64,000 bases of DNA, from assembly GCA_964016885.1 (NCBI GenBank), contig OZ024743.1:224502001-224566000 (forward strand). Direction: 5' to 3'. Each line of letters opens with the position of its first letter. The stretch's first letter is position 1. Shown in pieces: positions 44,860 to 59,913 of this stretch. This DNA is from Eledone cirrhosa (lineage: Eukaryota). Below the pieces are notes generated by a model that made no database searches, was not told where the DNA came from, and saw only the letters and a program-made list of their open reading frames with translations. The translations under genes were made by a program, and so were the position numbers.

Positions 44860-46053
44860 TACCTCATTTTACTAGTCTCAAGAACGCGTCTACACGACGT
44901 GAGAAAGAATCCCAAAAGGCGGAGGGGGAGATAGTCACGCGATATAACGGTCGAGAAACAGAGCTAAGCCTCTTATAACCACGAAAAAAATACCACGGAG
45001 GCGGAGGGGGTATTCATATCGAGGCCGTAGAAGAGGTAGTGAAGAAGGCGAGAAGTATGAGTAATGGAAGCTTTCCAGTTGTCCCCACACTTCAAAGATT
45101 GCTCGACCAGAGGGAGTTATTAATACATTTAGAAACACACAGATACATGCGGACACACACATATATACATGAATGCATCCGCACCCAACTGTGAGTTAAG
45201 GGTGCCAACTTCACCGATGTTGCTCAATGAATGACTGGGACAGACCAATTCAGTTTGAACCAGACTGAACCAGTATCAGAGTTAAAAATACATTATGAAG
45301 AGAGAAGAAACATTTAGATATAATTAGTAATAAAATGTATCATACCTAAACTGTTCCTAAATTCCTCGACTACGTAGTTTCGTGGCATAAACAAAAACAA
45401 TATATCAAAGATATAGAGTCCTTGCGAGGTCTGCCGACTTATCAAGAGGATACCTCATTTTACTAGTCTCAAGAACGCGTCTACACGACGTGAGAAAGAA
45501 TCCCAAAAGGCGGAGGGGGAGATAGTCACGCGATATAACGGTCGAGAAACAGAGCTAAGCCTCTTATAACCACGAAAAAAATACCACGGAGGCGGAGGGG
45601 GTATTCATATCGAGGCCGTAGAAGAGGTAGTGAAGAAGGCGAGAAGTATGAGTAATGGAAGCTTTCCAGTTGTCCCCACACTTCAAAGATTGCTCGACCA
45701 GAGGGAGTTATTAATACATTTAGAAACACACAGATACATGCGGACACACACATATATACATGAATGCATCCGCACCCAACTGTGAGTTAAGGGTGCCAAC
45801 TTCACCGATGTTGCTCAATGAATGACTGGGACAGACCAATTCAGTTTGAACCAGACTGAACCAGTATCAGAGTTAAAAATACATTATGAAGAGAGAAGAA
45901 ACATTTAGATATAATTAGTAATAAAATGTATCATACCTAAACTGTTCCTAAATTCCTCGACTACGTAGTTTCGTGGCATAAACAAAAACAATATATCAAA
46001 GATATAGAGTCCTTGTCGTGTAGACGCGTTCTTGAGACTAGTAAAATGAGGTA

Positions 46054-46141
46054 TCCTCTTGATAAGTCGGCAGACCTCGCAAGGACTCTATATCTTTGAT
46101 ATATTGTTTTTGTTTATGCCACGAAACTACGTAGTCGAGGA
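46054..46141 (+). ncRNA. Type I hammerhead, U3-A8 core (further copy at 46645-46732)
   Basis: TCCTC-TTGATAA-GTCGGCA..TGCCAC-GAAAC-TACGTA-GTC-GAGGA. Confidence 0.8.
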
Positions 46142-46801
46142 ATTTAGGAACAGTTTAGGTATGATACATTTTATTACTAATTATATCTAAATGTTTCTTC
46201 TCTCTTCATAATGTATTTTTAACTCTGATACTGGTTCAGTCTGGTTCAAACTGAATTGGTCTGTCCCAGTCATTCATTGAGCAACATCGGTGAAGTTGGC
46301 ACCCTTAACTCACAGTTGGGTGCGGATGCATTCATGTATATATGTGTGTGTCCGCATGTATCTGTGTGTTTCTAAATGTATTAATAACTCCCTCTGGTCG
46401 AGCAATCTTTGAAGTGTGGGGACAACTGGAAAGCTTCCATTACTCATACTTCTCGCCTTCTTCACTACCTCTTCTACGGCCTCGATATGAATACCCCCTC
46501 CGCCTCCGTGGTATTTTTTTCGTGGTTATAAGAGGCTTAGCTCTGTTTCTCGACCGTTATATCGCGTGACTATCTCCCCCTCCGCCTTTTGGGATTCTTT
46601 CTCACGTCGTGTAGACGCGTTCTTGAGACTAGTAAAATGAGGTATCCTCTTGATAAGTCGGCAGACCTCGCAAGGACTCTATATCTTTGATATATTGTTT
46701 TTGTTTATGCCACGAAACTACGTAGTCGAGGAATTTAGGAACAGTTTAGGTATGATACATTTTATTACTAATTATATCTAAATGTTTCTTCTCTCTTCAT
46801 A

Positions 46802-46847
<46 letters not shown>

Positions 46848-46852
<5 letters not shown>

Positions 46853-47252
46853 ATTAAATAAATGGAAACTATATTTATAAAACCATATTTATTTCATTAT
46901 ATATATTTCAGGGATATCATATTAACAATATGCTATGCCTTCCTCAGACAAAATACAATATAAACAGTTTTATAGATAAATAGATTCGACATACCGTAAC
47001 ATCTACTTGCATTTGAGAACGTATGTCGAATCTATTTATCTATAAAACTGTTTATATTGTATTTTGTCTGAGGAAGGCATAGCATATTGTTAATATGATA
47101 TCCCTGAAATATATATAATGAAATAAATATGGTTTTATAAATATAGTTTCCATTTATTTAATATTGTAAATATACTCCAAATATTTGTCGAGTGCTTTTA
47201 TATCAGTTATAAATATTTACTAGTTGTAACCCAACAATTTAAATATAACTTT

Positions 47253-47256
<4 letters not shown>
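46848..47256. mobile_element. Palindromic TA-flanked element with a hammerhead motif in each arm (46890-46955 minus, 47060-47125 plus)
   Basis: About 145-bp perfect arms; TATTTTGT-CTGAGGA-AGG..CCT-GAAAT-ATAT-ATA-ATGAAATA. Confidence 0.8.
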
Positions 47257-47288
<32 letters not shown>

Positions 47289-47361
47289 AATTAATTTTAA
47301 TTTTAAATTAATTTTGATTTATTTTGAAAAATTGGTTGAATTTTACTTGTTCTGCTTATCT

Positions 47362-47398
<37 letters not shown>

Positions 47399-47563
47399 TA
47401 ATAATAAATTTGAAGACTAAAATCCAAAGAGGGCTCGATAAGGATAAATATATATCAAATATATAAGAACCGCAGAGCAAATATTTATTAAAATAACAGA
47501 TTAAAGTTTAAGCAAAGAATCGGTGCTTTCATTTGCTTAAACTTTAATCTGTTATTTTAATAA

Positions 47564-47594
<31 letters not shown>

Positions 47595-48176
47595 ATATAT
47601 AAATGTAAGTATGTATGTATACGTACATACATATATGTATACAGACGTACAGTAGTATGTATATATATACATACATGCACATATATATATATATGCACGT
47701 ATCAGTTTACCGAACATTTATTATAATGCTCGGTTTGTTTGTTTGTAAACAAACAAACAAACAGCCTGAATTACGCCGTAGTGTTTAGGCAACCACGTCA
47801 CCCTTTTGTTCAACACTGACACAGGAACGATGTACTAGTTTCAAGCTTATTAACTGTTTTTTTACAAACAAACAAACCGAGCATTATAATAAACCGATAC
47901 GTGCATATATATATGTGTGCATGTATGTATATATATATACATACTACTGTACGTCTGTATACATATATATATGTACGTATACATACATACTTACATTTAA
48001 GTAAGTGCCGTACTAAGAGTGAGAAATGATATTTCGTTTCATTCTATTCCATTTATCGTTTTCGGTGTGCCCGGCCGACTGAACTCGCTCGATATGCAAA
48101 TTAGGCTGCTCAGCCGTTAGTATGCATAAGGAAAGTATATACTTTCAGACGTTCAACCATCTGGCAGGAAGGTATA

Positions 48177-48215
48177 CGATGCTGACGATAGCTAATAAGC
48201 TTGAAACTAGTACAT
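48177..48215 (+). ncRNA. Minimal hammerhead motif
   Basis: ATG-CTGACGA-t-AGCT-AATA-AGCT-t-GAAAC-TA-GTA-CAT. The inverted partial copy at 47826-47851 supplies the full ACGATG/CATCGT stem I. Confidence 0.72.
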
Positions 48216-48340
48216 ACTACTGTACGTCTATATACATATATGTATGTACGTATACATACATACTTACATTTAGAGAAAGTGCCGTACTAAGTGTGAGAAA
48301 TGAAATTTCGTTTCATTCTATTCCATTTAAAAAACCTCAC

Positions 48341-48392
<52 letters not shown>

Positions 48393-48576
48393 GTGAGGTT
48401 TCTTTTACAAAATGAAAAATAACCGAGGTGTCCTACACGAGTGAAAGTATAAAGAAAAAGAGATGAAATCGAAAATGCAACAGGAGTCTTATTTTTTTTA
48501 AATATATATATATTTATTTGGTTCCTTTACCGGTTTCACAGTTCTTGAAAAACCACAGACCCTCCATCTCAACTCA

Positions 48577-48614
48577 CCTTTTGAAAAGCAGAAGAACTGC
48601 GAAACCGGTAAAGG
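48577..48614 (+). ncRNA. 38-nt minimal hammerhead motif, U3-A8 core
   Basis: CCTT-TTGAAAA-GCAG-AAGAA-CTGC-GAAAC-CG-GTA-AAGG, within the inverted repeat 48448-48546/48592-48690. Confidence 0.8.
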
Positions 48615-49100
48615 AACCAAATAAATATATATATTTTTTTTAAAAATAAGACTCCTGTTGCATTTTCGATTTCATCTCTTTTTCTTTATATATATATATA
48701 TATATATATACAAATGGAAGTTCAGCAGAATCGAAGCTCTGGCTGTAGCTACGCTAACGAATGCAATCGGAATGTGCAGCTAAGCACTCAATAAGGTATT
48801 TTACCTTAGAGTAATAACATTGCGTTTAGACAGCTTGGCAAATTGAAGACTGCAACCGGTAACCCACCCGCAAGGACCAAAGCAACGAGAAAACCAACTC
48901 AGGTATATATATATTAAATTAACAGATTAAAGTTTAAACAAAGAATCGCTGAGCAATTCTTTGCTTAAACTTTAATCTGTTATTTTAATAAATATTTGCT
49001 CTAGGGTTCTTATATATTTGTTATATATTTGTTATATATTTGTTATATATTTATCCTTATTGAGCCCTTTTGGGATTTTAGTCTTCACATTTATTATTAT

Positions 49101-49143
<43 letters not shown>

Positions 49144-49388
49144 ACACAATCTGATCTCAGTTTGACAATCGCCACCGACGAATGCGAGAAAGTTCTCCAA
49201 AAAAGTTAACCAGGAATTTTTTAAATTCTTCCCACCAAAGTTAACAAAGAACTTACTAGATCTACCAACTCATAATATTATATATAATATTATAAAATTA
49301 AATCAAATTATTTAGCACTACAAGTGAAGTCATTCTTTTCCTTCTTTTCAAATATACCTTTATACTGTACCAAGGATCTCACACATTT

Positions 49389-49437
<49 letters not shown>

Positions 49438-49787
49438 CGTACGGTTAGGGGTAACTCCACAAGTTTGTAAGAATTCCGTTCAATCTTGGAGTATAAAGTA
49501 TAAAAGAGAAAACACAGGTAAGCATTAAGAGAAGGATTTTATCCAGGTATTTACGACCGTTTCATTCAATGAAACGGTCGTAAATACCTGGATAAAATCC
49601 TTCTCTTAATGCTTACCTGTGTTTTCTCTTTTATACTATATATATATATATAAATGTAGAAGTTCTATTTAAATTGTTGGGATACAACAAGCAAATATTT
49701 TTATAACTGATATAAAGCACTCAACAAATTATTGGAGTAAAAATACGATATATTAACAAATGGAAACTATATTTATAAAACCATATT

Positions 49788-49852
49788 TATTTCATTATAC
49801 ATATTTCAAGGACACCAAGTTAAAATATGGTGTGCTTTCATCAGATAAAATA
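49788..49852 (-). ncRNA. Hammerhead motif in TA-flanked element 49652-49950
   Basis: TATTTTAT-CTGATGA-AAG.ACACCA..TGGTGT.CTT-GAAAT-ATGT-ATA-ATGAAATA. Confidence 0.72.
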
Positions 49853-49947
49853 TAATATAGATCAGTTTTATAAATAAATATTGACATACCCTTAAAGAAT
49901 TGGAAGCTCCCGGATAGTGGGTTATAAATTTATTTATACTATTATGT

Positions 49948-49997
<50 letters not shown>

Positions 49998-50269
49998 CAC
50001 ATGGCGTCACATTCCAAATCATGTACTACAAACTGACACACATGCGCACATACACAATACAATTCGATAACAGTTTTACATTGTTAAATAAATAGTATCA
50101 CAGGAATCTGGAACCTGTTGGGACAGCTAAACAATACCAGCTCGGTTCTATCACCTCTGTCACCTGACAGCACGTTAACTCAAATACATCCTTTATAGAT
50201 AACAGATTTACACCAATATATTTATAAATATGTCGTTTGACATTTTCATTCTTCATACGTTTAAGTCGA

Positions 50270-50560
50270 AATGTTCAGAAGTTCGCTTGGCAATCATTAG
50301 GTCGCGGATTCGATCCCACTGCGTGGCATTTACCACAGCCACGGGGCGATCCATGTCATGTGAGTGAAATTGAGTAGACGGAAACTGTTTAGAAGCCAGT
50401 CAGATAGACACCACTTGAATTTAGAGGGCCAGCCATGTCTCATACTGTATCAAGCTAAATTTCTCCGAGTAATACGTTAAAAGTACATGTGACAATGGAA
50501 TGCTCAGTCACTGGCACGTTAATTTCATGGGCGTTTCGTTTACTGAACAACTGGAACACT
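50270..50560 (+). mobile_element. Family-B SINE
   Basis: GGATTCGATCCC B-box; body shared with 10595-10900. Confidence 0.7.
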
Positions 50561-50900
50561 ATGTAAATCCGACTTCTTAATTTTAGTTATGTTAAGTTAT
50601 TGGTGTCGATTTTTGTTTAGTCCCATTCAGCATTAATCGAACATACTCATTGTGAAAGACGTTCCAGTTTTGACCATCCCATCTTGTTTATATCTAAGAC
50701 TGCATTATCCAACCTGTGCTTCTTTTTTTTAAAGACGATATGGTGTGACATGAGGCAGGCTTGACACGGGATACGTTAAGTAAAACTGGTTGAAGAGCGA
50801 ATATATCTCTCTGAGTGTCTCGTTCACCTATATATAACACTGTATATATGCTTTTGGATTAGGACAATGGGATTGATGAGTTAATATCTGTATACAACAA

Positions 50901-51535
50901 CTACAACGGTACGCGATGGGGCCCACCCACAACCCCGGCGGACAGAATGGAGAAGGCGTTTCCTCGGAGGACGGCAAGGGAGACGCGCTGAAAAAGCCAC
51001 TCCAACTCGCCGGGCTTACACCTGCGGCTGGCCAGCTCAGCGCCTATTGTGGTGAGTAAGGAGGTAGCCCTGGGGCCGAGGACATCAGAAGTCTCCACTG
51101 CCAGGGGTACGACCGCAAACCTGTCGGAGAGCGACCGGTATTTGAGGAGTTTGGCCTCCTCAGCCCGACGTGCAGCAGAACCTGGGTCAGTCGCAGACTG
51201 TACCAGGTTGCGGCTGCAGAAAGTGTCGGTGCAAGTGGCATCCCAGACGAGGGGTTTGCCACCGCGGAACAGGAAGATGGTCATGCTATCTGGCCTTTTG
51301 CCGTCCCCTCGATCCAGCCACACCGGCTCGAGCTGGGAAGGGAAGCCTGCATCGGCCAAGCCATGCTTAATGACCTCGATGAGGGCAGCATGGCGTGGAA
51401 TGCGGCCAGCACTGTGGCGACAGGAAAGCGGGTGGAGGCCGAAAGAGTCCACGGCGAAACCGCAGCGACATTGGTGTGGCTGGCAGATCCGGAGGCCGAA
51501 CCCCAGGGAAACACCGATGCGCAGGCTAATGCTGC
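50901..51535 (-). mobile_element. CRE-type retrotransposon 3' end: CCHC knuckle plus PD-(D/E)xK restriction-like endonuclease, still an open frame
   Basis: CRCG..VDSFGLHPLSC..GRIPRH, DGKRPD, WDATCTDT, AEEAKLLKY, PLAVET, FQRVSLAVLRGNA. Confidence 0.9.
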
Positions 51536-51584
51536 CTTCCACAAATATATGCTATTACGCTTATGTTAGAACTTCAAATTAAAG

Positions 51585-51789
51585 TGTGTTGCTTCGTGGT
51601 TAAGGTGTTCGGCTCATGGTCGTTAGGATGTGAGTTTGCTTCCCAGCGGTGGGTTGTGTTTTTAAACAAGACACTTTATTTCACGTGGCTCCAGTTCAAA
51701 AATATGTTATATATAGGATTAAGGGTGCGCCAGTCATTTTCACGTTAAGCTCACGAGCAGGCGGTTCCGTTGTTCGAACAACTGGGACA

Positions 51790-51843
<54 letters not shown>

Positions 51844-52035
51844 CTCAAAATCGCTGGAGCGTCGAACAAAATGGCCTTGCGGTATTCGTTCCAGATCTTG
51901 TTTTGAGTTCAAATCCCGCCGAAATCAAGTGTGACTTTCATCCTTCCAGGCTCAATAGAATAAAACACCGATCAAATACTGAGCACAGTTTAATCGATTA
52001 TCCTCTTTCCTAAATTGCTGGCCTTGTGCCCAAAT
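51585..52035 (+). mobile_element. Two degraded SINEs (51585-51790, 51860-52035) separated by (CA)n
   Basis: Homology to 14840-15137 and to family A. Confidence 0.7.
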
Positions 52036-52109
52036 ATGAAGGCACTCCTACCACTTTACCAGCCAAGCAATGCGATCGGCGACTGGGAAGCCAACGTTGA
52101 TGGAGGACT

Positions 52110-52410
52110 CATTATAAGTCAGCAACTAAGGAATTGTTGTGTCAATTCTCTTTATTTCACTGATATTCCAGTTCAATATATTGAAGCTATAACTAACAAC
52201 TGGAAATGCTAGAGAATTTATGGCTAACACCTTGTTATGTAACTTTAGCTAAGATTTCAGAACTGTTCACACTCTCCTATAACATTCCTTATCTTCACTT
52301 TTATGTGTGCATGCTGAATGCCGGAACTTTCATTTATACCTAAATATTTATAGGTTTGTTCCTGCTCAAGATCTGTTATAACTGTTTCAACATGCAGTTC
52401 GACTAATTCA
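52110..52410 (-). pseudogene. R4/Dong-type non-LTR RT fragment
   Basis: YKYLGINESSGIQH, CYRRV, NKVLAINSLAFPVVSYSFNILNW..SEIKRIDT. Confidence 0.8.
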
Positions 52411-53761
52411 ATTCCAGAATGTTCAGATCCCGTCGAGGTTAACATTACTTTTCATCCTCTTGAGGTCGATAAATACGAGTACCAGTCCTGTACTGGGAGC
52501 CATTCTTTCTCTTTATTACTTTCTCACTTTCTGTCTAACATTCTCTCTTCTGCTCGGGAAGAAAGCGGCTGTGTTCAGACATGGAGAGGAGATGGGCTCT
52601 GCCAGGGTTTCAAAAACGCCCAAGAAACGCCCTATGTCACTACAGCGTCATTACGACTCCCTCAAGAATTACAGGTTTAAGAAAAAATGAAAGAAGAAAA
52701 TTAGATCTCAGTACTTATATTTTTGTCCATGTATGGTACTTGATTTATCGATTTCATTGTTGTCGATCTGCTCTATTTAATAGTCAAACGTATCTAATTA
52801 TCTAACTAGTTAACACATTTACAAACAAGAAATTGGTCCGATTATAAAATTTTTCAATCTAAACTATAATAAAGGAAGGTCTGCGGGATTGCGTACGGTT
52901 TATTTTTTTTATCGCGTTTGTAAAATAAGTTGGATTACTTTGAATAAATGAAGGAATATTACATAATTTATCTACTAAATTTCGTGGCTGTTGATTAAAT
53001 ATATTTTGTTTATTTAAAGATTCACTTCTTTAAAATTTCTGAAATGTCAACACTTCCGGTTGGCCATCGCTTTAATAAACATACTAATTTTCTCCTAATG
53101 CAGTTTATATATAATATCGTCTTTTTTAATGTATCATGGATTACATTACTGATTAAATAGGACAGTGTAACGCAGTCTTCGTTCAATTTCTATGTATTAT
53201 ATATTGTCAATTACGATTTTATTTGATGTATCATATCTATATGTGTGCATATATATATATATATATATATAAAATAAAATATTAAAAAAATAATGAATAA
53301 AACAATGAAACAGTTCCTTATATTAAACAAAAAAAGTTCATTATTTAACGATCGTTTCTAGGATATATATGTGTTAGAACGGATTGGACACTACCGTAAA
53401 CTCTTGGTAGATTTATCTACATATATATATATATATATATATACCTGCGTATAATATCAATATACACACTACACATGCTAGCAGAAAACCACCCGAAGGG
53501 TGGTTTTTCTGCTAGTAGTTAATAATATAGTTATATATTTATACACAGATTATCTTATATAGACAGATGTACAATGCGTGTTTGTATGTTTTCACATAGG
53601 CAAATTTACATAGTGTGTACGTAATATGAGTGTAATTATCAACAGGTATAAATATATATCAATATGTATGTAACTGTGTATGTATTTGTGTGGTACAATT
53701 GATCCTGGCTAATTCCTTGCGTTTATCACAAGTGAAATATGCGAGCGATGCTTTAGCTATG

Positions 53762-53960
53762 CAGACCTGTCAACTTCCCCCCGTCCGATGGGGAGATCTC
53801 CCATCCACTTTAGGGTGGGTGAGAGATGTCTTCTCTTGTGAAAATAGGTATAGCTTTCATTATGTAAAACCTCCTCCATTTTGCCTCATTTCTCCCCGTT
53901 TTGGGACACTTTTTTTTTCATAGCACTCCCCGTTTGGGATTTTAGAGGTTGGCAGGTCTG
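53762..53960. mobile_element. MITE
   Basis: TIR CAGACCTGTCAAC/GTTGGCAGGTCTG (12/13); flanks GCTATG/TCTATG. Confidence 0.75.
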
Positions 53961-54220
53961 TCTATGGGCCACAACCACTCCTCTTTTGATGATCTTGTAA
54001 TTCTGTTGCTCCTCTCCGTTTTCTTCTTTCAGACATATAAACACGTGTATACTGTCTTAATGATGATGGTGGTGTTTATACCGTGAAATTGGAGACTAGT
54101 TAATAGATATGTTTTAAAACGTGTAACATTAATTAAATTGTTTAGACCAAAAGTGTTCGAAAGTTGTCAAACTAGCTGAGACACCTATCAGGTCGACCCA
54201 CTGTTCATTATCTTGTCCCC

Positions 54221-55150
54221 GCGGTGGATTGGCGGTATCGGTAGAGCGTCGGACAACATGCTTTACAGCACAGAGTTACGGCTCTTTACGTTCTGCGTTC
54301 AAATCCCGCCGAGGTTAGTTTTGCCTTTCATCCTTACAGGAGTCGATAAAATAAAGTACCAATAAAGAACTGAGACGATTTAATCGACTTTTCCCCTCCC
54401 CCCAAATCGCTGGCTTAAAGTAGAAATCATTATTATGTCCCCGCCCTCCCGGGGCGGTGGATTGGCAGTATCGGTAGAGGGTCGGACGCCATGCTTTGAT
54501 GCATAGAGTTACGGCCCTTGCCATTCTGAGTTCAAATCCCGCCGAGGTTAACTTTGCCTTTCATCCTTACGGGGTCGATAAAATAAAGTACCAGTAATAC
54601 ACTGGGTAATTGCTAGCCTTGTGCCAAAAGTAGAACCAATTATTATGTCCCCGCCCTCCCTTTTTTTTTTCTCTTACCAGCCCAGCGGCCCACTCTTGCC
54701 TAAATGCCCATATAGCTAGTCCGCCCCTGGGTTTACACTGTTCACAACTGCATGGCTGCTTCCTGGAATTAGAATTATAATTGATTTGTAAATAATTGTT
54801 TCTACTTTAGGCACAAGGCCAGCAATTACCCAGTGCATTACTGGTACTTTATTTTATCGACCCCGTAAGTATGAAAGGCAAAGTCAACCTCGGCGGGATT
54901 TGAACTCAGATTGTAAAGGGACGTAACTATGCTGGAAAGCATGGCGTCCGACGCTCTACCGATACTGCCAATCCACAAATAATATTTGTTTATAGGCGCT
55001 GAATTGGCAGTATCGGTAGAGGGTCGGACATCATGCTTTGACGCATAGAGTTACGGCCCTGCCTTTCATCCTTACGGGGTCGATAAAATAAAGTACCAGT
55101 AATGCACTGGGTAATTGCTGGCCTTGTGCCAAAAGTAGAAACAATTATTT
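54221..55150. mobile_element. Four family-A SINEs (54221-54435 plus, 54451-54645 plus, 54795-54976 minus, 54995-55150 plus)
   Basis: Pol III boxes, core and ATT tail; duplicated flank TGTCCCCGCCCTCCC. Confidence 0.9.
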
Positions 55151-55809
55151 GTTTATAGTTTAAATTACTTCGGTTCCACGAATTATGTAAATATAAACGT
55201 ATTCTAATTATGAAATTTGTTATGTCATTGTGACACTAATTTAACTGTCTGCCTCAATAGAATAAATATAACTATTTTAGATAGGTTGCAAAATGATAAA
55301 GGGAGGCTACTTATGATTATGACTGGAATCTATCCGTTATCGCTAATTAAATTTATATATTTCAAATAAAGTTCAGATATAAAAAAATAATGAAATATAT
55401 ATGAAATAAACAAAAAATAAAACATAGACGTTTGAAAAAGTGGGTGGGGTTACTTGTCCCCTGGTACTCCCATAAAACAAGGCCCTTATCTGTATTTAAT
55501 ATAAATTATCTACAACGCGCGCCTAACGTTACGGTTATGCGGATACTTCCCGTGTTGTCATGACTATTGCTAGCGTATTTCTATTTCCAGATTCCTGTTG
55601 TCACGAACAGTCATTTATTAGCGTGTTTCACTCTGTCTTCAATTATTATCATAGTAATCTGTAGCTAACATCTATACAACTATGGTCGGTAGGACTGAAG
55701 CCCATATCATTAAAATATCCAAGAAACCTTCTACGAAATACAACTTCGTAGGAGGCTAGCTAAATCTGAATAGGCGAGTGCTGTATATTCATTTTTTTTT
55801 CATGTTCCA

Positions 55810-55970
55810 TAGACCTGGATATGACACAAAATTGCATCCCTTGGGGAGGCTCCGGTACTAGAGTTCTTAGGAGTGTGGTGTTATCCCTTCGTCACCATTA
55901 CTCCCAAATCCACTCGGACCCGGAGAGCTAGTAATTGTCAAGGTCCCACTTAGAGGTTAGATAGATCTGC
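55810..55970 (+). mobile_element. Degraded interspersed repeat, probably an RTE-related 5' region
   Basis: TGACAC..AA.TGCATC...GAGGCTCC...CCATTACTCCCA..TCCACTC.GACCCGGAG, recalled as a common octopus repeat; not verified. Confidence 0.45.
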
Positions 55971-56160
55971 AGTTGTACGGATAACTCTAGATGGCGGTTA
56001 GGGGAAGAGTCATCAGAAATGTGGCTTGGCTGCAAATATGCTAAGAGTAAAGAGTGATGGAAGTCACCCTTTAGCTACAGATACTCTGGCTAAGAAAGTG
56101 TAGAATCAATGGCAGTGGCCCAGCATGGTCTCAGCCTGTCAGCTGGAACACGTAATTAAG

Positions 56161-56197
<37 letters not shown>

Positions 56198-56200
<3 letters not shown>

Positions 56201-56800
56201 TAAAACATGTCTATAGAATCACAAGATAAAATATATACTATTTCCTCTCCCAATTAGCATAATTAACTATATAAAAAAATCGAATAGACCAGGCTATACG
56301 AATGAGGCTTCTATGAAGGAATCTCCAACAAATAACCAAAACTAGCGCTTCGATTTTTAGCGCTTCGATTTTTAGCCATTTTGAAATGAATTCTTGGCGC
56401 GATCGTTTTGGAAAATATAATGTCTAGATATGAGCGAGCTTCCTGAAGAATCCGGCGCTCTAGTTTATATAATTATTACATAATTATTGGAAAACTCAAA
56501 ACACGGACGAAACCATGGTAGAGGTATCTAAATGTATTCTATTTTCTCCTAGTTTATTTTAAACCTAATTCTGCTTAGTTGACTGTATCTAGGCGATTAC
56601 GCTGTCGAAATATTCGATAAATATTCCACTACAGCCGACGCGAAGCGCTAGTTTTGGTTATTTGTCGGAGATTCCTTCATAGAAGCCTCATTCGTATAGT
56701 CTGGTCTATTCGATTTTTTTTATATAGTTAATTATGCTAATTGGGAGAGGAAATAGTATATATTTTATCTTGTGATTCTATAGACATGTTTTATGATATA
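56198..56800. mobile_element. Palindromic TA-flanked element containing a hammerhead (56438-56525 plus)
   Basis: About 155-bp arms at 56198-56352 and 56641-56800; GCTTC-CTGAAGA-ATCCG..CGGAC-GAAAC-CATG-GTA-GAGGT. Confidence 0.82.
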
Positions 56801-56955
56801 TAGCTCTGATTGTTTAATTTATTAATTTTTCATTGAGCCAAAAAGTGACCAGTTGCAAAACACGTATATGTATGTGTATGTATATATATATGTAAACTTT
56901 TATACATATATATATATATATATATATACATATATACACATATATATATATACAC

Positions 56956-59735
<2,780 letters not shown>

Positions 59736-59913
59736 CTGAACAAAAAAAAAAACGAACACAGACATACGCGTATACATGTATGCGTTCAAGTTGTAATGGA
59801 CCAGATTCGCTAAGGTGAAAAGAATACTAACTACAGACAAAAGGGTTTGCTAGACCCAATTTAAGAATAAATCAAGAAAAGTAAATACAAACCAGAATTG
59901 TGGTAACTATCGA

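Larger units (their letters stand above)
44530..46807. mobile_element. 591-bp hammerhead-containing tandem/inverted repeat (retrozyme-like)
   Basis: Units start at 44530, 45121 and 45712 (the last truncated at 46015), followed by an inverted run at 46015-46807. TA on both flanks; copies appear identical. Confidence 0.9.

Noticed and set aside
44935-46569. 75-aa ORF repeated three times
   Set aside because: It repeats only because the 591-bp unit does; it starts in a (TG)-like stretch and has no recognisable motif. Not excluded as a peptide, but unsupported.
50901-51542. Stand-alone host nuclease gene
   Set aside because: It is the 5'-truncated end of a retrotransposon with many degraded paralogues in the window, and its start codon comes from flanking sequence.
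55591-55775. Plus-strand exon after TTCTATTTCCAG (and the isolated donor AAG/GTAAGT near 60468)
   Set aside because: No convincing paired splice sites or open frame.
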